The notes under the pieces: generated by a model
Databases searched by the model: none
Told to the model about the DNA's origin: nothing
What the model saw: the letters and a program-made list of their open reading frames with translations, nothing else
Part shown: positions 1 through 8,685 of the stretch, in pieces
Position numbering within the stretch: position 1 is the stretch's first letter
Layout: each line of letters starts with the position of its first letter
NCBI GenBank assembly: GCA_026985075.1
Contig: JALSQX010000052.1
Span: 10,979-74,978 of the forward strand
Direction of reading: 5' to 3'
Length of the DNA: 64,000 nucleotides
Origin: Blastocatellia bacterium
GTDB taxonomy: Bacteria > Acidobacteriota > Blastocatellia > HR10 > J050
Program-made: the position numbers and the translations under genes

Positions 1-29
1 GCCCAGCACTTCGGGGAAAATGCGGTGAC

Positions 30-644
30 TCATCGCCCTCCTCCTGCCCGGACCCGAGCCCGTTCAACGGGCGACGACTCCCTATGCTCCATCTCATCCA
101 AGAACGCGCGAAGTTTCTCTCCCGCCCATTCGAGTCGATACCAGACGGCCGGCGGGCGCTCTGCGCTGACGGAGCGACTGACCAGTTGCAATCTCTCCAA
201 CTTCTGCAACTTCTCGGCCAGCACCTTGTTACTGATACCGCCGAGCTTCTGTTTCATCTGACTCGGCCGATGAGGTTTGTGGCCGAGGAGCATGAGAATC
301 TCCCGTAACCAACGGCACTTCAGCACCTCGCCGATGACTTCGGGCGCCAGCCCTGTCCGGCGAGTGGCTCGAAGGAAATCAGAGACGATCCGCCCCTCAG
401 CCGTGAGCCGATAGTCGGTGCGACGAGGATATCCGTCGAAGGATTGACTCCGAACCATCCCCCATTCTTCTAACCGACGCAGCCGCTCATAGAGAATCCT
501 GAATGAAATCCCCGGCACGGCGCGTCGGAGATGAGCCGGTCGCGTTACCCCTTGGGCCAGTTGCTCGATGATCAAGGGCATCCATTTGCACCGCATGAGC
601 CCCGACACGATGGAGAACTCCACCTCCGCCGATCCTTTGCTCAT
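30..644 (-). CDS. HxlR-family transcriptional regulator with two tandem HxlR-type winged-helix domains
   Basis: 204-aa ORF. Residues ~10-95 (LMRCKWMPLIIEQL...ISFRILYERLRRLEEWGMV...RRTDYRLTAEGR) and ~105-190 (LKCRWLREILMLL...ISNKVLAEKLQKLERLQLV...AVWYRLEWAGEK) each fit the HxlR/DUF24 pattern. Divergent from the P460 gene. Confidence 0.75.
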   Translation of the reverse strand: MSKGSAEVEFSIVSGLMRCKWMPLIIEQLAQGVTRPAHLRRAVPGISFRILYERLRRLEEWGMVRSQSFDGYPRRTDYRLTAEGRIVSDFLRATRRTGLAPEVIGEVLKCRWLREILMLLGHKPHRPSQMKQKLGGISNKVLAEKLQKLERLQLVSRSVSAERPPAVWYRLEWAGEKLRAFLDEMEHRESSPVERARVRAGGGR

Positions 645-685
645 ATCCTCACCTTCTCGTGATCAGGTTACCAAAAAGTGCCTAA

Positions 686-714
686 TTGACGAACGACCCA
701 TGGATTCCTATCTT
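686..714 (+). promoter_or_regulatory. Candidate sigma70-type promoter for the cytochrome P460 gene
   Basis: TTGACG (686-691), 17-nt spacer, TATCTT (709-714), about 70 nt upstream of ATG 786. Consensus match only. Confidence 0.3.
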
Positions 715-785
715 AACATACCGACAGAGGACGAAAAACGGCAGAACGGGTCGCGTCCGAATTCCAGATAGGAGGTGCGAGACCG

Positions 786-1322
786 ATGAACCAAAAGGTG
801 AAACTGACGCTGGTTGCCCTGGTCTGTGTGTGGGCGGGGTTGACGATATGCACCGAGGCCAATCCCACGGCTCAACCGCCGCAGAGCCAAACCAAAGGTG
901 AGGTGGAACGTCTCACCTTGCCTGACTACCGTCAGTGGACGCACGTCAAGAGCATGGTCATCTTCGATGAGACGCATCCTCTCTACAAATCATTTGGCGG
1001 CATGCACCATATTTATGTGAATGCTAAGGGCCTCAAAGCCAGCCAGGCGGGCGGGCCTTATCCTGACGGCAGCACGCTCGTCTTCGTTCTCTACGAAGCG
1101 GTGAACGAAGATGGCGCCTATGTGGCCGGCAAGAAGAAGGTGGAAGCGATCATGGTCAAGGATCGCCATCGCTTCGCCGAGACCGGCGGCTGGGGATTCC
1201 AGGCGTTCGATCCCCAAACGCATCAGCCCCTGATCAAACAGGCTGATGTGACATCGGCCTGCTACAACTGCCATGCCTCGGTCAAAGATCGAGACTACGT
1301 CTTCTCCCGGTTCGTGAACTGA
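786..1322 (+). CDS. Cytochrome P460 family protein (secreted mono-heme c)
   Basis: 178-aa ORF with GGAGG 10 nt upstream. Signal peptide LTLVALVCVWAGLTICTEA. Single C-terminal CXXCH (CYNCH). Size and overall pattern are typical of the cytochrome P460 family. Confidence 0.8.
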   Translation: MNQKVKLTLVALVCVWAGLTICTEANPTAQPPQSQTKGEVERLTLPDYRQWTHVKSMVIFDETHPLYKSFGGMHHIYVNAKGLKASQAGGPYPDGSTLVFVLYEAVNEDGAYVAGKKKVEAIMVKDRHRFAETGGWGFQAFDPQTHQPLIKQADVTSACYNCHASVKDRDYVFSRFVN

Positions 1323-2066
1323 GTTCCAAGGGTGGTGCGGCCGGTCTGGGAATCCCAAAGAGCCAGCAAGCATCACTCGCCGTTGCCCATCAATAGTGGT
1401 GTGATCCGTTCAATTGTTGGAGAAACGGGTCCGTCTGACCGACCGGCACTTCACTCGCCGTCTGGTCGCCGTCCGGCGATTTCGCTCTCCATCGGTAGCC
1501 GATCGACGGAGAGATCTCACTGTCTGGTGGATGTCTGATCCGATTAGAGAGTTATTGTGTGCCTTGGTGAGGGCTAGAGGCTGTGCCAGCAAGTAGACGG
1601 CGAGAAACTTTCGCCTCACTGTCGTAAGAGCCATCGCCCCGTGATAGCAACCACCAGGGAGCCATCCGATATTTCCGCCTCTCCAGGGGTGAAGATGAGA
1701 GTTTCCGCCGACCGCCAGACGAACCCACAGGCGGAAGTTCACCACGTCGCGGCGAACCGGCGTTCCACTGAGACGCGTGTCAGTCACGACCAGGAAGAGC
1801 GGAGCGATCTCCATGACCACCCTCCCTCTTTACAGCAACACCCCCATGACCCCATCCCGAAGGATCACACTCCACAGTGACCAAGCCAGATCACCAGTGC
1901 CCTTCGCCCATACACAATATTGTCCCCGACTGCCTCCCCCCATTATCACTCAGGTTGAAGATAGCACCGGATGGCTGGTCGGCACCGCGGCCTCACCTCG
2001 GAGATTCCATCAACACGCACAATCACAACAGGTTACGACACGGGGCCCAGGGGCGAGAACTTTTTC

Positions 2067-2096
2067 TTGACTCGAATCCCGGATTTATCGTAGAAT
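2067..2096 (+). promoter_or_regulatory. Candidate sigma70-type promoter upstream of the GntR gene
   Basis: TTGACT (2067-2072), 18-nt spacer, TAGAAT (2091-2096), in an AT-rich island immediately upstream of ATG 2131. Confidence 0.45.
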
Positions 2097-2098
2097 CC

Positions 2099-2128
2099 AT
2101 AATCTAAAATGGAATAATCTATAATCTA
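2099..2128 (+). promoter_or_regulatory. Triple direct repeat ATAATCTA (candidate operator); contains a perfect TATAAT at 2120-2125
   Basis: ATAATCTA occurs at 2099-2106, 2114-2121 and 2121-2128. There is no Shine-Dalgarno between it and ATG 2131. TATAAT ends 5 nt before the ATG. Confidence 0.5.
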
Positions 2129-2130
2129 AG

Positions 2131-2835
2131 ATGCTCGATCTCATTGCTAAAAAGCGAAAGCCGCAGAACACGAGTAGCTGGGTGGCCGAAACTATTCAGG
2201 AGGCTATTTTCGCTGGCATCCTCAAGCCGGGAGATCGTCTCGTCGAGGGTAAACTGGCCAAGGACCTTGGCGTGGGCGTTTCCCCCGTCCGCGAGGCGCT
2301 TCAACGGCTGGAGTATCTCGGATTGGTGACGCGCTATCCCAACAAGGGCACGTTTGTGACGCAACTGACGCCGACAGAGATCAACCAGATTTTTCGTCTC
2401 CGGGCAGAGCTGGAAACACTGAGCGTCAAGTTCGCTATTGAAGGGCAGAACCGGGAAGGATTGGGCGAACTCCGGGAATGTGCCGAGCAAATGATGAGGG
2501 CGAGTCTGGAGAAAAATCCCGCCAGGTTCTTCGAGTGGGATTTGAAATTCCACCACCACGTGTGCCGCATGGCCAACAACCCTTTCCTGGAAAAATGCCT
2601 TCGCACGTTGACGACGCCCCTATTCGCCTTCGTCCTCATTCGGTTGAAACGAGAACCCGAACTCTTCGACTTGATCGAGATTTCCCGACAGCACCAGCAG
2701 ATCGTCGAACTCTTCGAACTCCCTGATCCAACTCAGGCTGAACAGAGGATGCGTACGATCATGGATGGATTCCGGCAGGTCATGCTCGATAAGCTCTACG
2801 ATTCGGCTGACGCCAATGATAGGCTGGCTGGATGA
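2131..2835 (+). CDS. GntR-family transcriptional regulator (FadR/FCD subfamily)
   Basis: 234-aa ORF. N-terminal GntR wHTH (LVEGKLAKDLGVGVSPVREALQRLEYLGLVTRYPNKGTFV) and a helical C-terminal FCD-like domain. Confidence 0.85.
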   Translation: MLDLIAKKRKPQNTSSWVAETIQEAIFAGILKPGDRLVEGKLAKDLGVGVSPVREALQRLEYLGLVTRYPNKGTFVTQLTPTEINQIFRLRAELETLSVKFAIEGQNREGLGELRECAEQMMRASLEKNPARFFEWDLKFHHHVCRMANNPFLEKCLRTLTTPLFAFVLIRLKREPELFDLIEISRQHQQIVELFELPDPTQAEQRMRTIMDGFRQVMLDKLYDSADANDRLAG

Positions 2836-3232
2836 TCCGTACTGGAGAAACGGCCGCTCAATGAGAACGAACCACAGGACCGCTTGGTAACCGATGAGAG
2901 AATATCGGAAGGGCGGCAGCCTGTCGCAATGAAAAGTCGAGGCAGGGAGTTGCCTTCGCCAGCTCCTATTATCCGAGGCAACTCCCCGCCGGCACAGAGG
3001 GAGAAAAACTCCTCCTCTGGCACGAGACACGAATGAATGATAGCACAGACGCTCCCCATCTACCTATCACATTGGCCGAAAAACGCTCGTTGAAGACAAT
3101 GAGAACGGAGTGACTCTCGGCGAACGCTCTGGCCGCCCGAGAGCGAGCATCGGTCATGTGATCGGCTTATCCCTAACCTGGGGGAATAACCAGCGTGAGC
3201 GGATTGCTTGCGCCCTATTGAGGAGGTGTCCT

Positions 3233-6200
3233 ATGAGCACATGCCTGCGTTATGTGTGTCTTCACCTTACCGTCACGTTTCTCTTCGTAGCGAACCCCAT
3301 GGGCATTGCGGCGCAGACGGCGACCACAGGGATGATTCAGGGGACGATCACCGATCCGACCGGCGCTTACATCACCGGCGCCACGCTCCGGCTCACTCAA
3401 GTGGGCACCAACATCGTCCGTACTACTCGGTCAGATGAGGCCGGGCGGTATTCTTTCCCTTTGCTCCCTCCAGGTCGCTATGATCTGGAAGTTTCCCAAT
3501 CCGGGTTCACGACTCTCAAACAGACGAGGATTCCGGTGCGCATCAACGAGAAGACCACCTTGGATCTCACCATGGAGCCGGCGCCGGTGGAGGAAATCAT
3601 TACGGTCGAGGCCGAGCCGGAGATCATTCAGGTGGGCGTTACTACCCTCGGGCGGGTGGTGGAAGAGCGGCAGGTGGTCAACCTGCCTCTGGCCACACGT
3701 AACTTCACCCAGATCCTGGCGCTCTCACCGGGCGTGATTGCCAACGTCGCGAACGCCGGTGCCCTTGGGCGGAACAGCTTGGAGATCTCGGCCAATGGCG
3801 GTCGCCTGAGCGACAACAACGTTCAGATGAATGGCGTCGATGCCAATAATGTGTTCGTTACCAATATTGGGGATGGGAATGGCTCTCAAGGTGTGGCCAT
3901 TCCTGCGCCGGATACCATTCAGGAATTCAAGGTGCAAACGGCGCTCTATGATGCCTCCACCGGACGCAACGGCGGCGCCAATGTCAATGTGGTCACCAAA
4001 TCGGGGACGAACGAATTTCATGGGAATGTCTATCACTTCTTCAGGAATGAAGCGTTGAACGCCAACGAGTTCTTCCGCAATCGAGCCGGCCTGGACAAAC
4101 CTCGTCTCCGACAGAATCAATTCGGATTCACCTTCGGCGGCCCCATCCGCAAAGACCGCGCGTTCTTCTTTGGATCCTACGAAGGGAACCGCCAGAGTAA
4201 TGGTGTGACAGGAGGGGCCACGTCCGTGGCCTTCATTCCCCCACTGACCGATGATCGGTCTCCGCAGGCGCTCGGTCGACTGTTTGGTGGACAAACCGGT
4301 CGATTCGGCGGTGTAGCCGTCGCACCGGATGGCTCGAACATCAACCCTGTGGCCCTGGCCATCCTGAACATGCGCCTCCCCAATGGCGAGTATGTGATCC
4401 CCACGCCGCAGATCATCCTTCCCAGCGGCATCGGGCAATCGAATTTTTCCATCCCAGCGGAGTTCGACGAGAATCAATTCAATCTCAACGTCGACATTCG
4501 CTTGGGCTCGAACGACGTCCTGTCGGAAAAGTATTTCTTCGCTGATACCGACTCGGTGGTTCCGTTCGGCAGCGGAGCCAATGTCCCCGGCTTTCCCAGC
4601 ACCAATGACGGTCGCAACCACAATTTCACCCTCACGTGGACGCACGTCTTCAGTCCGACATTCCTTCACGAGGCGCGGGTGGGGTTCACCAGGCTCGCCG
4701 CTCTGGGAACGTCGGAAGAGCCAATTCGCGCCGCCGATGTGGGCATCAAAACGCCGGTGACAGTGAGCGGCCTCCCCAACATCGGGTTTCTCACCTTCGG
4801 CTTGGCCTTTGGCGCGGCGCTGCCTCCGCTGGGATCGTTCATTAACAATTATCAGTTCGCCGACTCCATCACCTATGTGCGCGGTCAGCATCGCATACGC
4901 GCCGGAGTCGAATTCAAACGGATCCAATCCAATGTACGATTCGATTTCGATCAACGCGCCATCTTGCGGTTTTTCACCTTCCCCGACTTCCTGCTTGGCC
5001 TCCCCTTCCCCGACAATCAGGGGAGAGCGCCGTTCAGCCACGTCTTCGTCTCCAGCGCGCGCGCCGGGTTGATCGGGCGGGCTCAGCGGATGAATGACGT
5101 CGCCGCTTACGTTCAGGATGATATCGCCCTTCATCCCCAGTTTCAGCTCAATCTGGGCATCCGCTACGAACTCTATGGGCAGGTGAGTGGAGCCTTGGGG
5201 CGCTTATCGAACTTTGAGCTGGCCCGGGCGCTCGCTGAGCCTCCACCCGAAGGAACCTTCTCCGGCTTCGTCATCGCCCGGAACACCGTTGGGAATGAGC
5301 CTCCCGAGGTCATTCGCTTGGATAGTGACACGATCATCGAAGATGATGTGAATAACTGGGGACCGCGTTTGGGCTTCACCTATCGCCCGTTTGCTCGGAG
5401 GGATCTTCTCATCCGTGGTGGATATGGCGCGTATTTCTCTCGTCCGGGAACAGTGACGCTGTTTCAGACGGGGCCCAATCTGCCTTTCGCCGTGATCTCC
5501 ACGCGGGTGGGCGTCCCCAACAATACGGCGTCGCTTCAAGACCCGTTCGATCCTACATTGCCACGCCCCGAAGATTTTCCCATCTATGTTCCCCGGGTGG
5601 TGGGCAGTAACCTCTTCGTCAACGCCATGGATCCCAAGATGCGAGCGCCGACCGTTCATCAATGGAGTCTCAACGTGCAACTCGGCTTCGTCCGCGATTA
5701 CTTGTTGGAAGTGGGATATGTGGGGACGCGTGGAAGCGGATTGATCGGTCGATACCGCTTCAATCAACCGCTCCTGGCGAGTCCTACGAACCCGGTTCAT
5801 GGCCAGACGACCAATACCATCGCTAATGCGGCCCTCCGAGTGCCCATCCAGGGCGTTAACCCCACGAATTCTCAACTCCACACCAACGGATTCGATTCCA
5901 CCTACCATTCCCTTCAAGCTAGCTTGACCAAGAGGTTCAGCCACGGGCTGATGTTTTTGGCCTCGTACACCTGGGGCCATAGTATCGACAATCTCTCCAT
6001 CGGGGACCTGTTAGCCGTAGGGGGATTCCAAGGCGACGTCAGAGATCTCGATTTGAACCGGGGATCTTCCGACACCGATCGCCGTCATCGATTCGTGTTC
6101 AATTTCTACTGGGAACTGCCCTGGTCATACGCGGGACGCCGAGGATGGGCAAAACTGCTCAATGGATGGGCCCTCTCTGGCATCGCCACGTTCCAGTCTG

Positions 6201-6646
6201 GATTACCCTTCTCGATCATCGATACGAGTGCGGCTACCATATTCGCCACCACGACGTCACGCGCTCAACTGAAACCTGGGATGACGCTCGAGGACATTGA
6301 ATTGGAAGGGAGCGTGCACCGTCGCTTGAATCGCTTTTTCAACACCGAGGCGTTCACCGCGGCTCCCCCGCTCGGCGATGGCACGGGCTTTGGTAACAGC
6401 GGCCGCAACATCCTGCGCGGCCCCGACCAGCGCGTCGTGGACTTGGCGATCATCAAGCGCACGGCCATTGGTTGGCCGACGGAAGTGACCAATATCGAAT
6501 TCCGCACCGAATTGTTCAACGCGTTCAATACGGTGAACTTCGGACAACCGGGCAATAACTTCGCCTCGCCGGCGACGTTCGGCGTTATCAACAACACTAC
6601 GGTGGCGCCTCGTATCATCCAGTTTGCCCTCAAGTTCAACTTTTAG
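3233..6646 (+). CDS. TonB-dependent outer-membrane receptor, Oar-like, with CarboxypepD_reg N-domain
   Basis: Start ATG 3233 chosen (AGGAGG 6 nt upstream); it gives signal peptide LHLTVTFLFVANPMGIAAQ. CarboxypepD_reg-like segment GTITDPTGAYITGATLRL...GRYSFPLLPPGRYDLEVSQSGF. Long beta-barrel with C-terminal ...FALKFNF. Confidence 0.85.
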   Translation: MSTCLRYVCLHLTVTFLFVANPMGIAAQTATTGMIQGTITDPTGAYITGATLRLTQVGTNIVRTTRSDEAGRYSFPLLPPGRYDLEVSQSGFTTLKQTRIPVRINEKTTLDLTMEPAPVEEIITVEAEPEIIQVGVTTLGRVVEERQVVNLPLATRNFTQILALSPGVIANVANAGALGRNSLEISANGGRLSDNNVQMNGVDANNVFVTNIGDGNGSQGVAIPAPDTIQEFKVQTALYDASTGRNGGANVNVVTKSGTNEFHGNVYHFFRNEALNANEFFRNRAGLDKPRLRQNQFGFTFGGPIRKDRAFFFGSYEGNRQSNGVTGGATSVAFIPPLTDDRSPQALGRLFGGQTGRFGGVAVAPDGSNINPVALAILNMRLPNGEYVIPTPQIILPSGIGQSNFSIPAEFDENQFNLNVDIRLGSNDVLSEKYFFADTDSVVPFGSGANVPGFPSTNDGRNHNFTLTWTHVFSPTFLHEARVGFTRLAALGTSEEPIRAADVGIKTPVTVSGLPNIGFLTFGLAFGAALPPLGSFINNYQFADSITYVRGQHRIRAGVEFKRIQSNVRFDFDQRAILRFFTFPDFLLGLPFPDNQGRAPFSHVFVSSARAGLIGRAQRMNDVAAYVQDDIALHPQFQLNLGIRYELYGQVSGALGRLSNFELARALAEPPPEGTFSGFVIARNTVGNEPPEVIRLDSDTIIEDDVNNWGPRLGFTYRPFARRDLLIRGGYGAYFSRPGTVTLFQTGPNLPFAVISTRVGVPNNTASLQDPFDPTLPRPEDFPIYVPRVVGSNLFVNAMDPKMRAPTVHQWSLNVQLGFVRDYLLEVGYVGTRGSGLIGRYRFNQPLLASPTNPVHGQTTNTIANAALRVPIQGVNPTNSQLHTNGFDSTYHSLQASLTKRFSHGLMFLASYTWGHSIDNLSIGDLLAVGGFQGDVRDLDLNRGSSDTDRRHRFVFNFYWELPWSYAGRRGWAKLLNGWALSGIATFQSGLPFSIIDTSAATIFATTTSRAQLKPGMTLEDIELEGSVHRRLNRFFNTEAFTAAPPLGDGTGFGNSGRNILRGPDQRVVDLAIIKRTAIGWPTEVTNIEFRTELFNAFNTVNFGQPGNNFASPATFGVINNTTVAPRIIQFALKFNF

Positions 6647-6663
6647 TCGTCGAAAAGGAGGGG

Positions 6664-7767
6664 ATGATGAAAAGGAGCATGCCATCAGCGAAGGCTTCTC
6701 TGGCCTTCTCGATAGCGAGCGGTCTGGGACTTCTCGTTTCCAGTCCTCATCCCGTAGAGACGAGCAACGTGGCTTCTGCACCGATGACCATCAGTGAGCG
6801 TGAACCCAACGATCATCCCGCTGAGGCTCAGGCTCTGGGTGAACTCTCACCAGGCATGGTGGTGACTGTTGAGGGAATGGCGGGCAGTCAGGATGCTGGT
6901 GCAGTGATTGAGGAACTCCAGGCCGACTGTGGAGTGGAGAACGATCAGGAGGATTTCTACACGTTTGAGCTCGGGACGAGAACGAACGTCAGATTTCAAC
7001 TCAGTTTCAGAGGAAATCGCAACTTTGACATGAGAATTTTCAAAACAACTGAAAACATCGATCTCTTCCCCGAGGGGATCAAACTCATCCGCGCGTCGAC
7101 TCGTCCCCCGGGACAACCGGAGGACGTCGCCCCCATGATGCTGGAGGCGGGAACGTATTATATTGCCGTCGATGCCGTAGAGGATGCCAACGTCCCGCGG
7201 AGCACGCCGTACACTCTCACGCTCACGGTAGGAAATCCGGACGAACTGCACCTATTGGAGGACATCATCTGCATCGCCAGCGCCGTGACCGAGAACATCG
7301 ACGGTGCGCTCGTGGTGAACCAATACGAACCGACCCGGATTCCGGCCACGCTGGATTTCATCACCGCTCTTTTCCTGAAGTTGGGCGACAAACCGACCAC
7401 AGCCGGTCAACGTCTCCGAGTGGTGATCTTCGTAGATCCAGAAGGACGCGACACTCCTCCTTCGAATCCGACGCTGGTCTTCGACGAGATGGTACGCCTC
7501 TCACCGCTCGGCCCGCACGGATTACTCCAACTCTTTCCCGAGGTTGATGTTCTCAACGGGAGGGTCTACGTGGGATTCGCGCTCCCTGCCGACGCTCAGA
7601 CCAGAGGTTTCTCCATCACCATCGGACGCTCTCTCTTTGGCGACCAGACATTCCTCTCCACCGATGGAGGAGCATCCTGGGAGCCGGTCAATTTCCAGGA
7701 TCCGGTTACCGGCATGACATTCACTGCTGGCATTCGCACCCGGTTCACTCTGGAGAACGTCCCATGA
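6664..7767 (+). CDS. Secreted protein with N-terminal PPC (pre-peptidase C-terminal)-like beta-sandwich; C-terminal half unknown
   Basis: 367-aa ORF starting 17 nt after the receptor stop, with GGAGGGG SD. Signal peptide present. Motifs EPNDHPAEAQALG, DQEDFYTFEL, GTYYIAVDA, TPYTLTLTV resemble the PPC domain pattern. Confidence 0.55.
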   Translation: MMKRSMPSAKASLAFSIASGLGLLVSSPHPVETSNVASAPMTISEREPNDHPAEAQALGELSPGMVVTVEGMAGSQDAGAVIEELQADCGVENDQEDFYTFELGTRTNVRFQLSFRGNRNFDMRIFKTTENIDLFPEGIKLIRASTRPPGQPEDVAPMMLEAGTYYIAVDAVEDANVPRSTPYTLTLTVGNPDELHLLEDIICIASAVTENIDGALVVNQYEPTRIPATLDFITALFLKLGDKPTTAGQRLRVVIFVDPEGRDTPPSNPTLVFDEMVRLSPLGPHGLLQLFPEVDVLNGRVYVGFALPADAQTRGFSITIGRSLFGDQTFLSTDGGASWEPVNFQDPVTGMTFTAGIRTRFTLENVP

Positions 7768-7779
7768 GGAGGAAGCATT

Positions 7780-8664
7780 ATGCCGACGAGATGGAAGCGA
7801 CTATCCCTATGGATTTACCTGATCGCCGGACTCACCGTCCTGACAGGGGTTGGACGTTCGAGCCCGGCCCACTATCCGACGCGGAGAGATTCATGGCGAG
7901 TTGTCATTCCAGTGTATGGTCCCGATGAGGCCACCCTCCTCAAGACCTATCTCCAGCGGGGCGACATCGTCGTCGTGCACCCACCAACACCTGAGTTGAG
8001 AGCGTCCAGACTCCCGCAACAACCCGAGTATTGGATGAAAAAGGCCAGGATGTTGAAGGCTCGACATCCCGAGATCGAGATACTCTTCAACTTCGACAGC
8101 CTCAGTGAACTGCGTGAGTGGACGCCCAAACTCCCTCCCGAAGTCGACTGGATCTCCTACGACTATGAGCGATGGTCATTCACGCCGGAGTACAAACCCG
8201 ATGAAGCACACGTCCAGCGCCTCTTCCGCGAAGCTCAGCAGATTGCGCACCGACATGGCAAACGTCTCTTCCTGACGCCCATTCCATTTTTTAATCGTCG
8301 CATTGTCGAGCGGGCGCGACGAGCAGGGGCTTTCCCCCAAGACGCGCCGCCATGGGATTTCGGGAGATTGGCCAGAATCGGCGATGCTTTTAACGCTCAG
8401 CTTCAATATTCTCTGAGAGAGAGCGATGACCTAGCCTCGACGCTTCGAGCGATGGTCGCCGAGCGGCGGAAAGAGGCCCCGAACACGCGCCTCTTCGTCC
8501 AGGTGGGACCCGGTCCACAAAAGGGGCGATACACGGATGATGAACTGAAACGAGCCATCGATGTCATCACGCGAAGCGGCGTAGACGGTCTCGTCGTCTG
8601 GTTCGGCCCGGGAATGTCCCATTGGGGCGAAAAGGTGCTTCGAATGATTCGAGCGACCCCATAA
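7780..8664 (+). CDS. Hypothetical secreted / membrane-anchored protein (possible TIM-barrel glycoside-hydrolase-like fold)
   Basis: 294-aa ORF with GGAGGA SD. N-terminal hydrophobic anchor LSLWIYLIAGLTVLTGV. No family recognised with confidence. Confidence 0.5.
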   Translation: MPTRWKRLSLWIYLIAGLTVLTGVGRSSPAHYPTRRDSWRVVIPVYGPDEATLLKTYLQRGDIVVVHPPTPELRASRLPQQPEYWMKKARMLKARHPEIEILFNFDSLSELREWTPKLPPEVDWISYDYERWSFTPEYKPDEAHVQRLFREAQQIAHRHGKRLFLTPIPFFNRRIVERARRAGAFPQDAPPWDFGRLARIGDAFNAQLQYSLRESDDLASTLRAMVAERRKEAPNTRLFVQVGPGPQKGRYTDDELKRAIDVITRSGVDGLVVWFGPGMSHWGEKVLRMIRATP

Positions 8665-8685
8665 GGATATCGATCGACGGGCGCT

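Noticed and set aside
2071-2085. TCGAATCCCGGA resembles a tRNA T-arm.
   Set aside because: There is no acceptor stem, D-arm or anticodon arm around it. It sits in the spacer of the candidate promoter.
2859-3107. An 11-nt direct repeat CAATGAGAACG at 2859 and 3097, upstream of the receptor gene.
   Set aside because: Hundreds of 11-mer coincidences are expected in 64 kb, so it is not significant alone.
3193-3213. Possible degenerate fourth copy of the palindromic element, 20-40 nt upstream of the TonB receptor ATG. The hairpin is GCGTGAGC-GGATT-GCTTGCGC; it shares the CTTGCGCC 3' arm and an upstream GAATAA with copy A.
   Set aside because: Only about half of the positions match, and the stem needs two G-U pairs. 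This is too divergent to call without a genome-wide model. It would become interesting if covariation supports an RNA structure.
2836-3232. I looked for a cobalamin or other riboswitch in the 397-nt leader of the TonB receptor.
   Set aside because: No B12-box-like (GCCACTG), TPP, or other consensus that I know is present. There is only a generic 7-bp hairpin, CTCTCGG...CCGAGAG, at about 3114-3143.
3725-5134. Very long antisense ORFs inside confident genes. Examples: 3725-5134 within the TonB receptor, 37349-38773 within the phosphorylase, 29358-30698 within glcD, 23360-24424 within the ADH, 11939-12910 within the LarA-like gene, and 32586-33377 within the esterase.
   Set aside because: Their translations are Arg/Gly/Pro-rich and lack any family-like motifs, while the opposite strand carries clear domain signatures. 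These are typical stop-poor shadow frames of GC-rich DNA.
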